Assembly (NCBI GenBank): GCA_905178155.1
Contig: CAJINV010000017.1
Coordinates: forward strand, 1,403,290-1,467,289
Reading direction: 5' to 3'
Source of the DNA: Amoebophrya sp. A120
Lineage: Eukaryota > Protista > Dinoflagellata
Length of the DNA: 64,000 bases
Below are positions 31,850-42,554 of this stretch, in pieces. The first letter of the stretch is position 1; each line of letters opens with the position of its first letter. The notes below the pieces were generated by a model. That model saw only the letters and a list, made by a program, of their open reading frames with translations, was not told the origin of the DNA and did no database searches. A program made the translations under genes and the position numbers.

Positions 31850-34054
31850 ATGACAACCATGACCACCACGACGCCTCCGGTCCCGCCCGAGAAAACTATT
31901 CGCTATGCCAACCGCAATTCCCCGGAGCGAGTCCAGGAGGACGCGGTGGACGAGCAGCTGAAAAAATGGTTCCTTTTTACGCCTGAAGAACTCCTGAACC
32001 TCTCAAACCATCTGCTCAAACAGATGCAGAAAGGGCTGGAAGAGCACGGGTGCCTGATCCAGATGCTCCCGACTTTTATCGAGAAATTCCCCACCGGGAA
32101 AGAGCAGCAGGACTGCATCGCAGTGGACCTGGGGGGAACAAACCTCCGGGTGATGCACGTGAAACTCACGGGGAAGAACGGGGAGTACATCACCGGTGCG
32201 ACCCGGAAGAAGAAAATCCCACGGAAGGCGCAGATTGGAACGCACAGGGATCTGTTTGGATTAGTCGCGGAAGAGATCGGGGAGTTACTGAAAGATGCAA
32301 ATTTGGTTCCTGTAGTAGAGGGTGCAGCTGCAACTGGCGCAGGTGCAGCAGCAGCAGCTCCTGTTGGCGGAGGTTTCCTGGGAAACACGAACAATGAGAA
32401 TGACGCTTTTGACAATAATGTCAGTAAAACGGACCATGTGAACATGAACGATCCGGCTGGTCCTGCGTTCAGTAAGATCGGGTCATCACCAAACTACGTG
32501 AAAAACGAAACCGTTTCTCTGTCCGAAACGCCGACGCCCGTGACGCAGCCACCGAAAAATCCGCTGACAAGCCTCCCTCCGAGCGCAACTACGACGCGCC
32601 AGAGAACCAACTCCTATCCTCTCGGTTTCACCTTTTCCTTTCCCCTGCACCAAACGGCGCTCGGCTCCGGCTTGTTGACCAACTGGGCGAAGGGGTTTTG
32701 CGCGACGGGGGTTGTGGGCGAGGACGTCTGTGAGTTGCTGGAAAATGAATTAAAAGCGCGGAACATCCCCGTAACGGTCCAAGCGTTGATCAACGACACT
32801 GCAGGGGCGCTGATGTCCGGCACGCTGAAAGAGCCAGACTCCTGTGCCGTCGGGGTCATCATTGGGACCGGGACAAACTGTGCGTATTTGGAAAGGGTAG
32901 ACCGGATTCATAAATTACATTTGGAGGTGGAGAGTGGAGCTGCTGCTGGTGCGAAGGGAGCGACGTCCTTCTCTCTAGCAGAGTGTTTCTCCTCTTGCTG
33001 GGAGCCGACAGTTGGCAGCTTTTTCAGAACTGTGATTCCGGGGATCTGCGGGGCGAGCGCGTCGTCGTCGTTGATGAGTAGTAGTTCTGGTGAAGCAGGA
33101 GCAGAATCGACGGTAGCAGGGGGCTCTTCGTCATCTTCATCAACAGCACGCATCAACAAAGAAGCGAAGAACCATCTTCATCACAACCTGATGTGCATCA
33201 ATTGCGAGTGCGGCGCGTTCACCGACACGGGTCTCAGAAGGACGAAAATGGACGAAGATCTAGACGCAGAGAGCAGCAACGCCGGCGCACAGCACATTGA
33301 GAAGATGATAGCGGGGCACTATCTGGGCGAGTTGGTGTTTCGAACCTTGGTGGAATTGCAGGAATCCGGAATGGCCTTTGTGGAGGCGAAGGAGCACGTA
33401 TTTATTCTTGAGATTGTCCGCTTCTATGTTCATGTTGCTTTATGGTTGATGCTCGATCAGTCATGCGTTTTCTTGTCTTATGTTTCTTTCATCATCGGAA
33501 CCACGACTGATGTCGATGTGTGAGAAAATACTAGCAAGATCAAAACCTTTCAGGGTCTCCTCTTTTCCGACCACCCGCACACGGTTTTCGAAACGCACAT
33601 GATGGCTTCCACAGTCGCCAGCCCCTACAACGACGGCCGCGGGGTGCTCAGGCAGATTTTCGGCCCGGCGACATGGGATAGGAAGATGTCCTCAGGGACA
33701 ACATCAAACGCTGATAATGCCAGTAGAAGAGACATTCTCACACTGTTCAAGGTGTGTTCTGTCATTTCCGGCCGATCGGCGATGATGGCCGCCGTGATGA
33801 TAGTGTCCATGGTCCGGCAGATTCTCTCCGGACAGCCGGAGAGGAAGGAAATTGTCATACCTGTGGATGGTACAGTGTACAAATCGTTTCCGAAGTACAA
33901 GGAGAGACTCAATGACCACTTGATGAGCTTGGTGCAAGCTGCGCCGGACATTCCGAAGGATATTGTCGTGGTTTTGAAGGATGCCTGTGAGGACGGGAGC
34001 TGCATCGGTGCGGCGGCGGTTTTGGCTGCGGCCTGTAGGGAAGATAATTCTTGA
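31850..34054 (+). CDS. HK: Hexokinase, 2 exons
   Basis: MLPTF, AVDLGGTNLRV, PLGFTFSFP, WAKGF, LINDTAG, IIGTGTNCAY, EKMIAGHYLGE, PVDGTVY, EDGSCIGAA. GT-AG intron 33398-33553 (phase 0). Confidence 0.95.
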
Positions 34055-34538
34055 GGTTTGGACTTTGAAGTTGGACGATGGAAAATTTTCTGTGATCATC
34101 ATGCACACGCGCGTGCGAATGCGCAACCAAATAGGGAGACCGATCTTTAACGGAACGCAAAGTGGTGTCAGCCATCGTTTCTGTTGCCCGTGTATTTTTT
34201 TGAATTATTTGCGATTTTTTTCACTCTGTTTCTATTTCGAGACTTCAACTTCTTTCTTCGGCGTTTTTTTGCAAGTAGAACAAGCAATGAGTGCATGATA
34301 GTATCTCTATGAGGCTGCTGAGGAGGTGCTGCAAACTACGACGAGGGTGAGAACTGTGGCTCTAAAACCGGTACTAGTCTGGCAAACTCGAGAGACTCCG
34401 GCACCGAGCGCTTGTTGTCGTTTAAGTTTTCTTGCTACTTCCTAAGAATCCACCTGAAGAGTGCAGCGCTGAATCTTGCCACTCTAACCCCCCGCCCCAA
34501 TCTCGGCAAAAAACAAAAGTCACTGCCCACCCGCCAGA

Positions 34539-36535
34539 ATGCGCCTCGTACTCTCGTGCAGGAGACATTCCGGCGCCGCTGCGTCCCGGCCCCTGCTCAC
34601 AGCGGCCACCAGCCGGCACAACGCAGCAAACACGTTTGCCGCGGCGGCTACTTCAACGTCGTCCTCAAGTTCGCGAAGTAGCAGACAGCCTAGCAGAGCA
34701 CGTTTTTTCTCCACCACCAGCAGCTCCAACAAAGTCTACAATACCGCCGACGAAGCGGTGAAGGATATCCAGGACGGACAAACGTTGCTGGTCGGCGGGT
34801 TTGGGCTTTGCGGGATACCAGAAAACCTCATCACCGCGGTGCAGAAGACAAACGTGAAGGATTTGACCTGCGTGAGTAACAACTGCGGAGTGGACGATTT
34901 TGGGTTGGGTGTTCTGCTGCAGACTAGGCAGATCAAAAAAATGATCAGTTCGTACGTCGGGGAAAATAAAAATTTCGAAAAGCAGTACTTCAACGGCGAG
35001 CTGGAAGTGCAGTTGACGCCGCAAGGGACGCTGGCGGAGAAGATCCGGGCGGCCGGGGCGGGCATACCCGCGTTCTTCACTCCGACGGGGGTGGGGACCA
35101 TTATGCAGGAAGGAGGGTACTTACTAAGGAGAGGGAAATCTTCGAAATCTGTCGAATTGATACTGTTGTCACTTCGTTCTGGCATTGTTGATGGTCGCGC
35201 ACCACAGCTCGTCGTTCTCGTTTCTCAGTATTAGTTGATAATTTATTTGATCAAACAAACGATAGCCACAACATTCCCAGGTTTCCCATCCGCCAGAAGT
35301 CCGATTCCAATACCGAGATCCTCAGTGGCAAGCTCGAATCCCGGACTTTCGACGGAAAAGAGTACGTCATGGAGCTCTCTCTACCGGGGGACTTCGCGTT
35401 GATTAAGGGCTACAAGGCGGACATGCTGGGAAACGTGATTTTCCGGAGCACGGCGAACAACTTCAACGGAATCATGGCAGCGGCGGGGAAAACCTGCATC
35501 GTCGAGGTGGAAGAGATCGTCGAGACCGGGACGTTTTCCTGCGACGAAATACACCTCCCCTCGATCCACGTGGACCGCCTGGTTCTGGGTGGGACTAATT
35601 ACGAAAAACGAATCGAGAAGACGGTGTTGGCCGACCCGGGAGATGGGTCAGAGAAGAAGCTGAAGCCGGAGAGGGAAAGGATTGGGAGGAGAGCTGCGCT
35701 GGAATTTAGGGATGGAATGTACTACATCTTCAGTCTTGAGTTTCTGCTTCATCATTTTGATGAGGGCAATTAATTTGCCTTGATTCAGGGACGACGTGAT
35801 GAACTTTTGATGCTGCAGCGCAGCATGCGCCATGTGAGGACCTCGAGTTACATAAAAGGTGTGCGCACCAGTGAGAGATCTCTGCACTGGCAGCTCCTGT
35901 CAAAACAAACCTTTCCCCACAGGTACGCCAACCTTGGCATCGGTATTCCCACCCTCGCGGCGAATTTCGCGCCGAAAGACGTCAACATCGTTCTCCACAG
36001 CGAAAACGGATTGCTCGGGATCGGTCCCTACCCCAAATCCACTACCGAAGTCGACCCGGACATCATCAACGCGGGCAAGGAAACCATCACGATGATCCCC
36101 GGCGCCGCTGCCTTCGACTCGGCGGCGAGTTTCGCGATGGTCCGGGGTGGGCATGTGGACATCACGATGCTGGGGGCGTTGGAAGTCTCCCAATTTGGGG
36201 ACTTGGCGAACTGGATCATTCCCGGAAAAATGATGAAGGGCATGGGTGGTGCGATGGATCTAGTCGGGTCCGGCGGGAAGACGAAAGTGGTGGTTACCAT
36301 GGAACACACCGCGAAGGGAAACAAGCCGAAAATTCTGGAGAAGTGCACCTTGCCGTTGACGGGCAAAACGTGCGTGAATTTGATCATCACGGAGATGTGC
36401 GTGCTGGAGGTGGATAGTGAGAAAGGGTTGGTTTTAACCGAAATCGCTGACGGATACAGTGTGGAAGATGTGAAGGCGGCAACCGGAGCGCCGGTCAAGG
36501 TGTCGGACGCGTTACAGCCCATGCGGCAGGCGTAG
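34539..36535 (+). CDS. OXCT1: Succinyl-CoA:3-oxoacid CoA transferase (SCOT/OXCT family; ASCT activity possible) with a mitochondrial-type presequence, 3 exons
   Basis: [51 protein letters not shown] (catalytic Glu), [10 protein letters not shown]. Introns 35117-35280 and 35719-35922. Arg/Ser/Ala-rich N-terminus. Confidence 0.93.
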
Positions 36536-37087
36536 ATAGTGCTTGCGCAGCGGCTAATGTTGCCTGAGTGTAGTTCTTGCGCTGACGAATTTGTGAATGC
36601 TCGTCGTTCTGTGTAACCAAAACCATACAATTGCCACCGGGTTTCTTTTTTTTTCCTCTGCCAAAACTACGTGTAACCAAATGCCTTTCTAGAGGGCGGT
36701 AAGGCTTCCTCCAGCACCTCGTGCTGGAAGATATACGCGACGATCATGAAGAACTTGTACCCGCGAATTCCTTTCCTCGTGCAGAATTAGCAGGAATCCT
36801 GAAAAGTATCTATCGAGCGAAGACATAGACTTTGACAGTGACATTTTGCCACAGTCTGAATTTGTGTGTTCTGTGCCTTGCCCGTGCACGCTCAGGACTG
36901 AAGTATTTGCTTTTCAAGCAGGTGAGTGTGAAATTATCATTTTTGAAGACGCAACATCACACAGTTCTCCGCAAGCAAGGCTTAGTACCTTCCCCATCTT
37001 CAAGCCCCCGATAAAGTAATTCTTGCGCAATCACCAACATGAACATCGGAGCCGACTTTTGTTTAGTATAGAGAAATAAAGAGCAAC

Positions 37088-38659
37088 ATGGCAATCGGTA
37101 CCGATTTCTCCACGACGTCTCCGCAACCAGCGGAGACCTCCACAGCGAGCTCCTCACCAGTGAATCCCCGCGTCTGGCAAGGGTCTTTCATAGTTGAAAC
37201 CGCGAACATGCGGCGGAGGGAATCGCCGATGTATGTGATGACGAACCCCACACTCTCCGTCGCCTTGATCCCTGATTTACCTACCGAGGAGATTTTTTGC
37301 GATACAGAAAGGAAAAAGCTGAAAGCCGGGATTCTCTGCCTCTACTGCCCGGCACAGAACCATTGCAGTTTGTCCATGAACGAGAACTGCGACAGCACCG
37401 TCAGGAAGGATATGCTGGAAGCGTTGAGACGGATCGCGAATGGGTCGGGGACTGCTAAAGAAAACAAGAACAACCAGAACACTTTCGCGACAAACGCCAC
37501 GGTCTTCGACTTGCTGACGACCAGGTCATTAGCGATTCCGGTCTCAAACGGGCAGTTGATGCTGGGCACCTGGCAGGGGGTTTATCTTTTCTACGATAAC
37601 TACTTCTGTTCTGCGGAGCAAAACGGGCCGCCAAAGGTGTTCTGGGCGTTGATAGAGGGGGCGGAGTATGAGAGGACGGAGTATTCGGCGAATCATGCTG
37701 GGAGTTTTTCGCTCGGGACCTATTTGAAGGAAACCACTCTATCTAACGAAGAGGAATCAGATTCCCAGTTTCACTGCCTAACGCACCTCCACACACACCA
37801 CACATCCGCGAGCTTGTGCTTGAGGGATAAAGAACAACAAGCATTCAAAGAAAAGGGAAACTCTCCCGAGAAGCATGATCCGAAGAAGCCGAAGCAAGCG
37901 AGGCGCATTGCCGCGTTGGCGAAGCAGGGACAAAAGAGCAACTCCGTCGATCTGGAAAGAGAAGTCATGAACGAAGTGGTCCTGGACCGGTGGAACGACG
38001 AATTTTTCGAGCACACGTACGAAGGCCGGGACGACATGACTGGCCACCTGAAATGCACCTTGCTCGGATGCTCAACCATACTGGATTTGAATTCGCAGGG
38101 CAGAAGCAAAAACGCCGTCTTGAACGAGCATCGGGAGGGGCGGTCGCTGAGGAAAATCTCGCTGGTGCACGTTTTGTACAGTTCGCAGAAGATCAAGAAG
38201 AGTTTGGAAGAACAGGCCGCAGGAGCTGCCGCACTAGCAGACTCTAGTACAAATTCTACTGCGCCATCCAACAAACAGGTGGTAGAGATAGTGATAGACG
38301 ACCCCAGCAGCTCGTCTGCTCCGATAACGGATGTCACGGAGCTCGTGATACAGCATGTAATTGGTCGCAGCTCTGCATCTACTGCGGCCACAGCTCCTGC
38401 CGTGCTTTTTGTCGGTGTCTCGGGTCCGGCCAGGTTGGTCACAAGCAGGTCGAAGTTTCCGGTGGATACGTTGAAAGCGCTGTGTGCGAGGGAGTACTGG
38501 TATCACCTGCTGCCTTCCTCCGCGATGATACCTCTCGGTGGGTTGCGTTCATTTGACAGTGGCACGAGGACCGCTGGGGAAGAACAGGATAGGTTTTTTG
38601 TGGTCACTCAAGCAGGACCAAATACTTCAGCTATCAAACTGACGCTTGTTAGCCTGTGA
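37088..38659 (+). CDS. YjbQ/UPF0047-family protein with tandem (two clear, probably three) YjbQ-like domains
   Basis: Domain 1: SLSMNENCDSTVRKDM and SLAIPVSNGQLMLGTWQGVY. Domain 2: HTSASL and HTYEGRDDMTGHLKCTLLGCS. Remnant domain 3: ITDVTELV...SAMIP. Confidence 0.75.
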   Translation: MAIGTDFSTTSPQPAETSTASSSPVNPRVWQGSFIVETANMRRRESPMYVMTNPTLSVALIPDLPTEEIFCDTERKKLKAGILCLYCPAQNHCSLSMNENCDSTVRKDMLEALRRIANGSGTAKENKNNQNTFATNATVFDLLTTRSLAIPVSNGQLMLGTWQGVYLFYDNYFCSAEQNGPPKVFWALIEGAEYERTEYSANHAGSFSLGTYLKETTLSNEEESDSQFHCLTHLHTHHTSASLCLRDKEQQAFKEKGNSPEKHDPKKPKQARRIAALAKQGQKSNSVDLEREVMNEVVLDRWNDEFFEHTYEGRDDMTGHLKCTLLGCSTILDLNSQGRSKNAVLNEHREGRSLRKISLVHVLYSSQKIKKSLEEQAAGAAALADSSTNSTAPSNKQVVEIVIDDPSSSSAPITDVTELVIQHVIGRSSASTAATAPAVLFVGVSGPARLVTSRSKFPVDTLKALCAREYWYHLLPSSAMIPLGGLRSFDSGTRTAGEEQDRFFVVTQAGPNTSAIKLTLVSL

Positions 38660-39354
38660 CACAGGTGGCATCTTCATCGTGATGAAGAGTCGTGCAGAAA
38701 GTTCCTGTACTCCACTAAAGCCGGCCACGAACGACCAGCTGAGCCTAATTTCTTGCCTCTACAACCGTTTCGCACGAGCAATCCAATCAACTCCAGGCAG
38801 CACTGCTGAATTCTAACCGCAGCCTCTCACTGTTCGGAGAACCAATTTTGTTTTCTGAGTAGACAAGTACTTTACTGATCCGGAATGAGGACGTAGCTGC
38901 CTCTTAAATTTTGATTTTCGATACGCATGGAGCGAAGAGGAAGACCTGTGAGTGATCTGACAAATACAAAGAATTTTTATTAGCTTTTTCTTGCCCTTGG
39001 GCTTCTTGGTCCGAAATCGTTGCACAGGATCCATTCATGAACCCATTCGATCTACTCTTTCGCCCCATTTTTTCTATATCGTCTTGATCGCCCCAAGGTA
39101 TGTCTCGGAAACGGAATTCATCACGCTTAATAAGAAATTGGGATCTTAGAACTTATTACGACTAGAGTTTTTGATTTGATCTCACTGTTATCAGAGGAGA
39201 GTTTCATTTTTCGAGTAAAAAGTAGCGACAAGTTGTAAGTAAGTCTAAGTATAATCTACCAACAACGCGCACAAGCCTGTACATGTTCTGGCTCTACCAT
39301 ATCTATTCTCTTCTTCTAGTTTGAGACTTTTTTCCCACGACGCCTAAAGCGACC

Positions 39355-41631
39355 ATGGCGACCTCTTCCTCCTCGAAAGTTTGTTATTACGAGCTCCTCG
39401 GTGTTTCCCGCAAAGCTGATGACGCCGAGTTGAAGACCTCCTACCGCAAGCTCGCGCTCCGTTTCCACCCGGACAAGGCGCCGCAGAACAACTTGACAAA
39501 TGAGGAGGCGACGCAGCGGTTCCAGGCACTGAACGAAGCGTACGCAACTCTGTCCGACCCGCAGGAGCGCGCGTGGTACGACGCGCACAGGGAACAAATA
39601 TTGTATGGGGACGATGACGACAACGAAAATGGCGTGGACCCGTTTGAAAAGCAGCTGAATTTGTGGAGTTACTTCCGCTCCAGCTGCTTCCAGGGGTTTT
39701 CCGACACGGATCCAAAAGGATTTTTCATCGTGTACGAGGAATTGTTCCGGAAAATCGACATTGCGGAACAGGACTACTACTCGGATGACAGTGAAGAGGA
39801 AGAGGGGAACAATTCTAGTTCATCGTCGAGTAACCCAAATAATAAAGGGAATAACAACAACAAGAATAAATCCGCAGCTAGCTCTTCCAAAAAAAACACT
39901 TTCGCGCCTGCTTTCGGCAAATCCGGCGATGATTGGGCGAGTAGCACTTCCAAATTCTACTCCCACTGGCAGAACTTCGCGACGAAAAGGCCTTTTGGTC
40001 ACGCGGACAAGTACAACCCAAATGAGGCGCCGAATCGGAAAGTGAGAAGATTGATCGAGCAGGAGAACAAGAAGTTGCGGCAAGCAGCGAGGCAGGAGTA
40101 CAATGAGAAGGTGCGGAAATTGGTGGGTATTTGTATGCGCCGGGACCCGAGATTTGAGCAGTTTGAGAAGGAGAAAGCAAAGAAACAAAGGGAAAAAACG
40201 GAGAAGTTCGAGAAACAGCAGCAACTGGATTTAGAGAGGAAAAAAGCGGCGAGATTAGCGGCGAAACAAGAGGAGATTGAACGGTGGGAAGAGGCGGAGA
40301 GGTTATTGCGGGAGCAGGAAGAGAAGTACGGTGGAGGTCTTTTATCCGGTAATGAGGTAGCTACAGACCCAGATGATGTTCAATGTCGCAATGCAAGTCG
40401 GACGCCGCGAGAGGAACAAGACGAACAAGACGCGGACAATTCCCCAGCACCGCAGGTGTTCGTGTGCGAGCTCTGCCGCAAGAATTTCAAGACGGAAAAC
40501 CAGTTCTCGGCCCATTGCAAGTCGAAGAAGCATTTGCAAGCGGTTGCGGCCATGATGGAGGCGGTGGAGAGCAGTGAGGGGGAATTAGTGGAGGACGACG
40601 AAGACGATGCTCCAATGGACGACGAGGATTCTGACACGTCGGAAGAAGCTGCTGTAGAGAGGCAGCAAGTAGGAGAACAGCGGCATGACGATGACGAAGA
40701 CCCCGATGACAAAAGCTCTGCACCAGCGAGCCCCAGTTCTTCCCAACCGTCACCAGAGAAAAATCGCAGAAAAAGTAGAAGGCAAAGCACATCTAGCAAA
40801 GGTAGTTCGCGGTCTGGGACTCGGAGGAGGAAGGACAGCAAGACAACGGAACAAGATTCATCTGACGAGAGCAGCGACGACGATGCATTCTTGTCTAGGT
40901 TTGCGAACCTGAAAACGAAGCAGAACAGCTGCAAGGCTAAGAACGTAGACGCAGCCAGTGACGTTGATGATGAGGTTGATGAGGAGGCTGAGGACAGCCA
41001 AGAGCCTTCATGTAAGAAGAATCTGAATTTCAGCCCTTCGAACCGTTCACGCGCTGCTGGCCAAGACGCGGGAGAAAGCAGTCCACCTGCGGTTGCAGCA
41101 AAAGCAGAAAACGACACTTCAGGTCTCGACAAAAGTAGCGAAGCTGCAGGCAACAAGAACGATGCAGTCCCAGCAAGCGTAATCGACAAAATATCGTCGC
41201 CAGCGGACGCCAAAGACAGCGACGACGCAGGCGATGTTGAAGATGTTCCGAATGGTAACGAAGGGGACAATGTTGAAACTTCACTACCACCAACCGACGA
41301 CACGACTAAGAAAGAAAAGCGTAAGCGCCGGCGCGCAAAACCTCCCGATGATGGTGCAGCAAATAACCCGACCCACCGGTCCGTCCCCGCGCAGTCTGGA
41401 GACAGTTGGCCGGAGGCGGCTGCGTCAGCCGTGATCCTCTGTGCGTACTGCCGACAAACGTTTTCGACAAAAAACAAGCTCTTTGACCATCTGAAGAAAA
41501 ATCCGACGCACATGGCGCTGAAAACCAACGCGTCCGCGAACTCGAAAAAGAATCACGACGCGATGCTGGCGAATTTTGGGGTCGGAAATGGTGGGGGGAA
41601 GAAGGAGAATAACAAGAGGGGGAATAGGTGA
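39355..41631 (+). CDS. DNAJC21: DnaJ subfamily C member 21 / Jjj1-like J protein
   Basis: J domain with HPD and [11 protein letters not shown]; zuotin-like [21 protein letters not shown]; two C2H2 fingers ([13 protein letters not shown] and [13 protein letters not shown]). Confidence 0.9.
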   Translation: MATSSSSKVCYYELLGVSRKADDAELKTSYRKLALRFHPDKAPQNNLTNEEATQRFQALNEAYATLSDPQERAWYDAHREQILYGDDDDNENGVDPFEKQLNLWSYFRSSCFQGFSDTDPKGFFIVYEELFRKIDIAEQDYYSDDSEEEEGNNSSSSSSNPNNKGNNNNKNKSAASSSKKNTFAPAFGKSGDDWASSTSKFYSHWQNFATKRPFGHADKYNPNEAPNRKVRRLIEQENKKLRQAARQEYNEKVRKLVGICMRRDPRFEQFEKEKAKKQREKTEKFEKQQQLDLERKKAARLAAKQEEIERWEEAERLLREQEEKYGGGLLSGNEVATDPDDVQCRNASRTPREEQDEQDADNSPAPQVFVCELCRKNFKTENQFSAHCKSKKHLQAVAAMMEAVESSEGELVEDDEDDAPMDDEDSDTSEEAAVERQQVGEQRHDDDEDPDDKSSAPASPSSSQPSPEKNRRKSRRQSTSSKGSSRSGTRRRKDSKTTEQDSSDESSDDDAFLSRFANLKTKQNSCKAKNVDAASDVDDEVDEEAEDSQEPSCKKNLNFSPSNRSRAAGQDAGESSPPAVAAKAENDTSGLDKSSEAAGNKNDAVPASVIDKISSPADAKDSDDAGDVEDVPNGNEGDNVETSLPPTDDTTKKEKRKRRRAKPPDDGAANNPTHRSVPAQSGDSWPEAAASAVILCAYCRQTFSTKNKLFDHLKKNPTHMALKTNASANSKKNHDAMLANFGVGNGGGKKENNKRGNR

Positions 41632-42554
41632 CAGTGGAGAAGATGAAATTCTCGTCGGCTGAGCGGTATCACTATCGCTTCAACTGCTCCAACTGCTACT
41701 AAAAGAGTTCAAAAAAACTATGTTGGAGACGCAGAGTAGGAGTATGAGAACCGGCATGTCGCACTTCGCCTAAGCATACTGATTGTACAACGACGGACCA
41801 ACGACATGATCAACAGAATTGACTACAAACTGGGCGTAGTAGTCAGTAGAACGAGAACTTCCTTGTGCTCGCGTTCGTCGAGCTATCGGGAATAGTATAA
41901 TTAGTGTGTTCCAAAAATTCAAGAAAAGGCAGTGCTCGTGTTCCTGCATACGATGTGCCATCCGGCAGTCGACACGCTTTTGTCTTGATCATCCTTGTTG
42001 TATCGTTTCAGTGTGTCAAACTCATGAGCATCCATGATCTTGAATGAATTAGATCACTCTTTCTTTCTTTCTTTCTTTCTTACCATGCCCGGGCATGGCT
42101 TCAAATGTTCAAGGCCCTAAAAGTTCCGTTGCAATCCCAATTTCTTCTTTCTCGATTTGATCTCGCAATAAGACAACAGCTGAGCATGAACAACTTGTGA
42201 ATTATAAGATCTAGGACGTTGAAGATAAAAATTTAATACAACAACAAGCTCTGTAAAACAAAACAAAACAATCATCTATTTCTTCAAAAAAAATAAATCA
42301 TCTGAAAATAGTCTTCTTGTGCTGCAAATTCGATGGAATTTCCGTTGTATGAATTCTGTAATGCGCAAATCTATATTGAAAAGGAAAAAGTAGAGAGTCT
42401 AGATTTCAAGACTTTCTATGTCAGCAGGATAAATTTTTAATTTTTATCCTTTCAAAAAGCAAGTATGATTTCGTCTAAGTCTCAGCATCGATTTTTTTTT
42501 TTCTTCTGATCGATTTCACAGTCTATTTCTGACCTTCGCACACCTTTTCCATCC

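Noticed and set aside
40380-41528. Long antisense ORFs (also 10884-11867 and 46849-47880)
   Set aside because: Shadows of low-complexity, GC-rich genes on the opposite strand.
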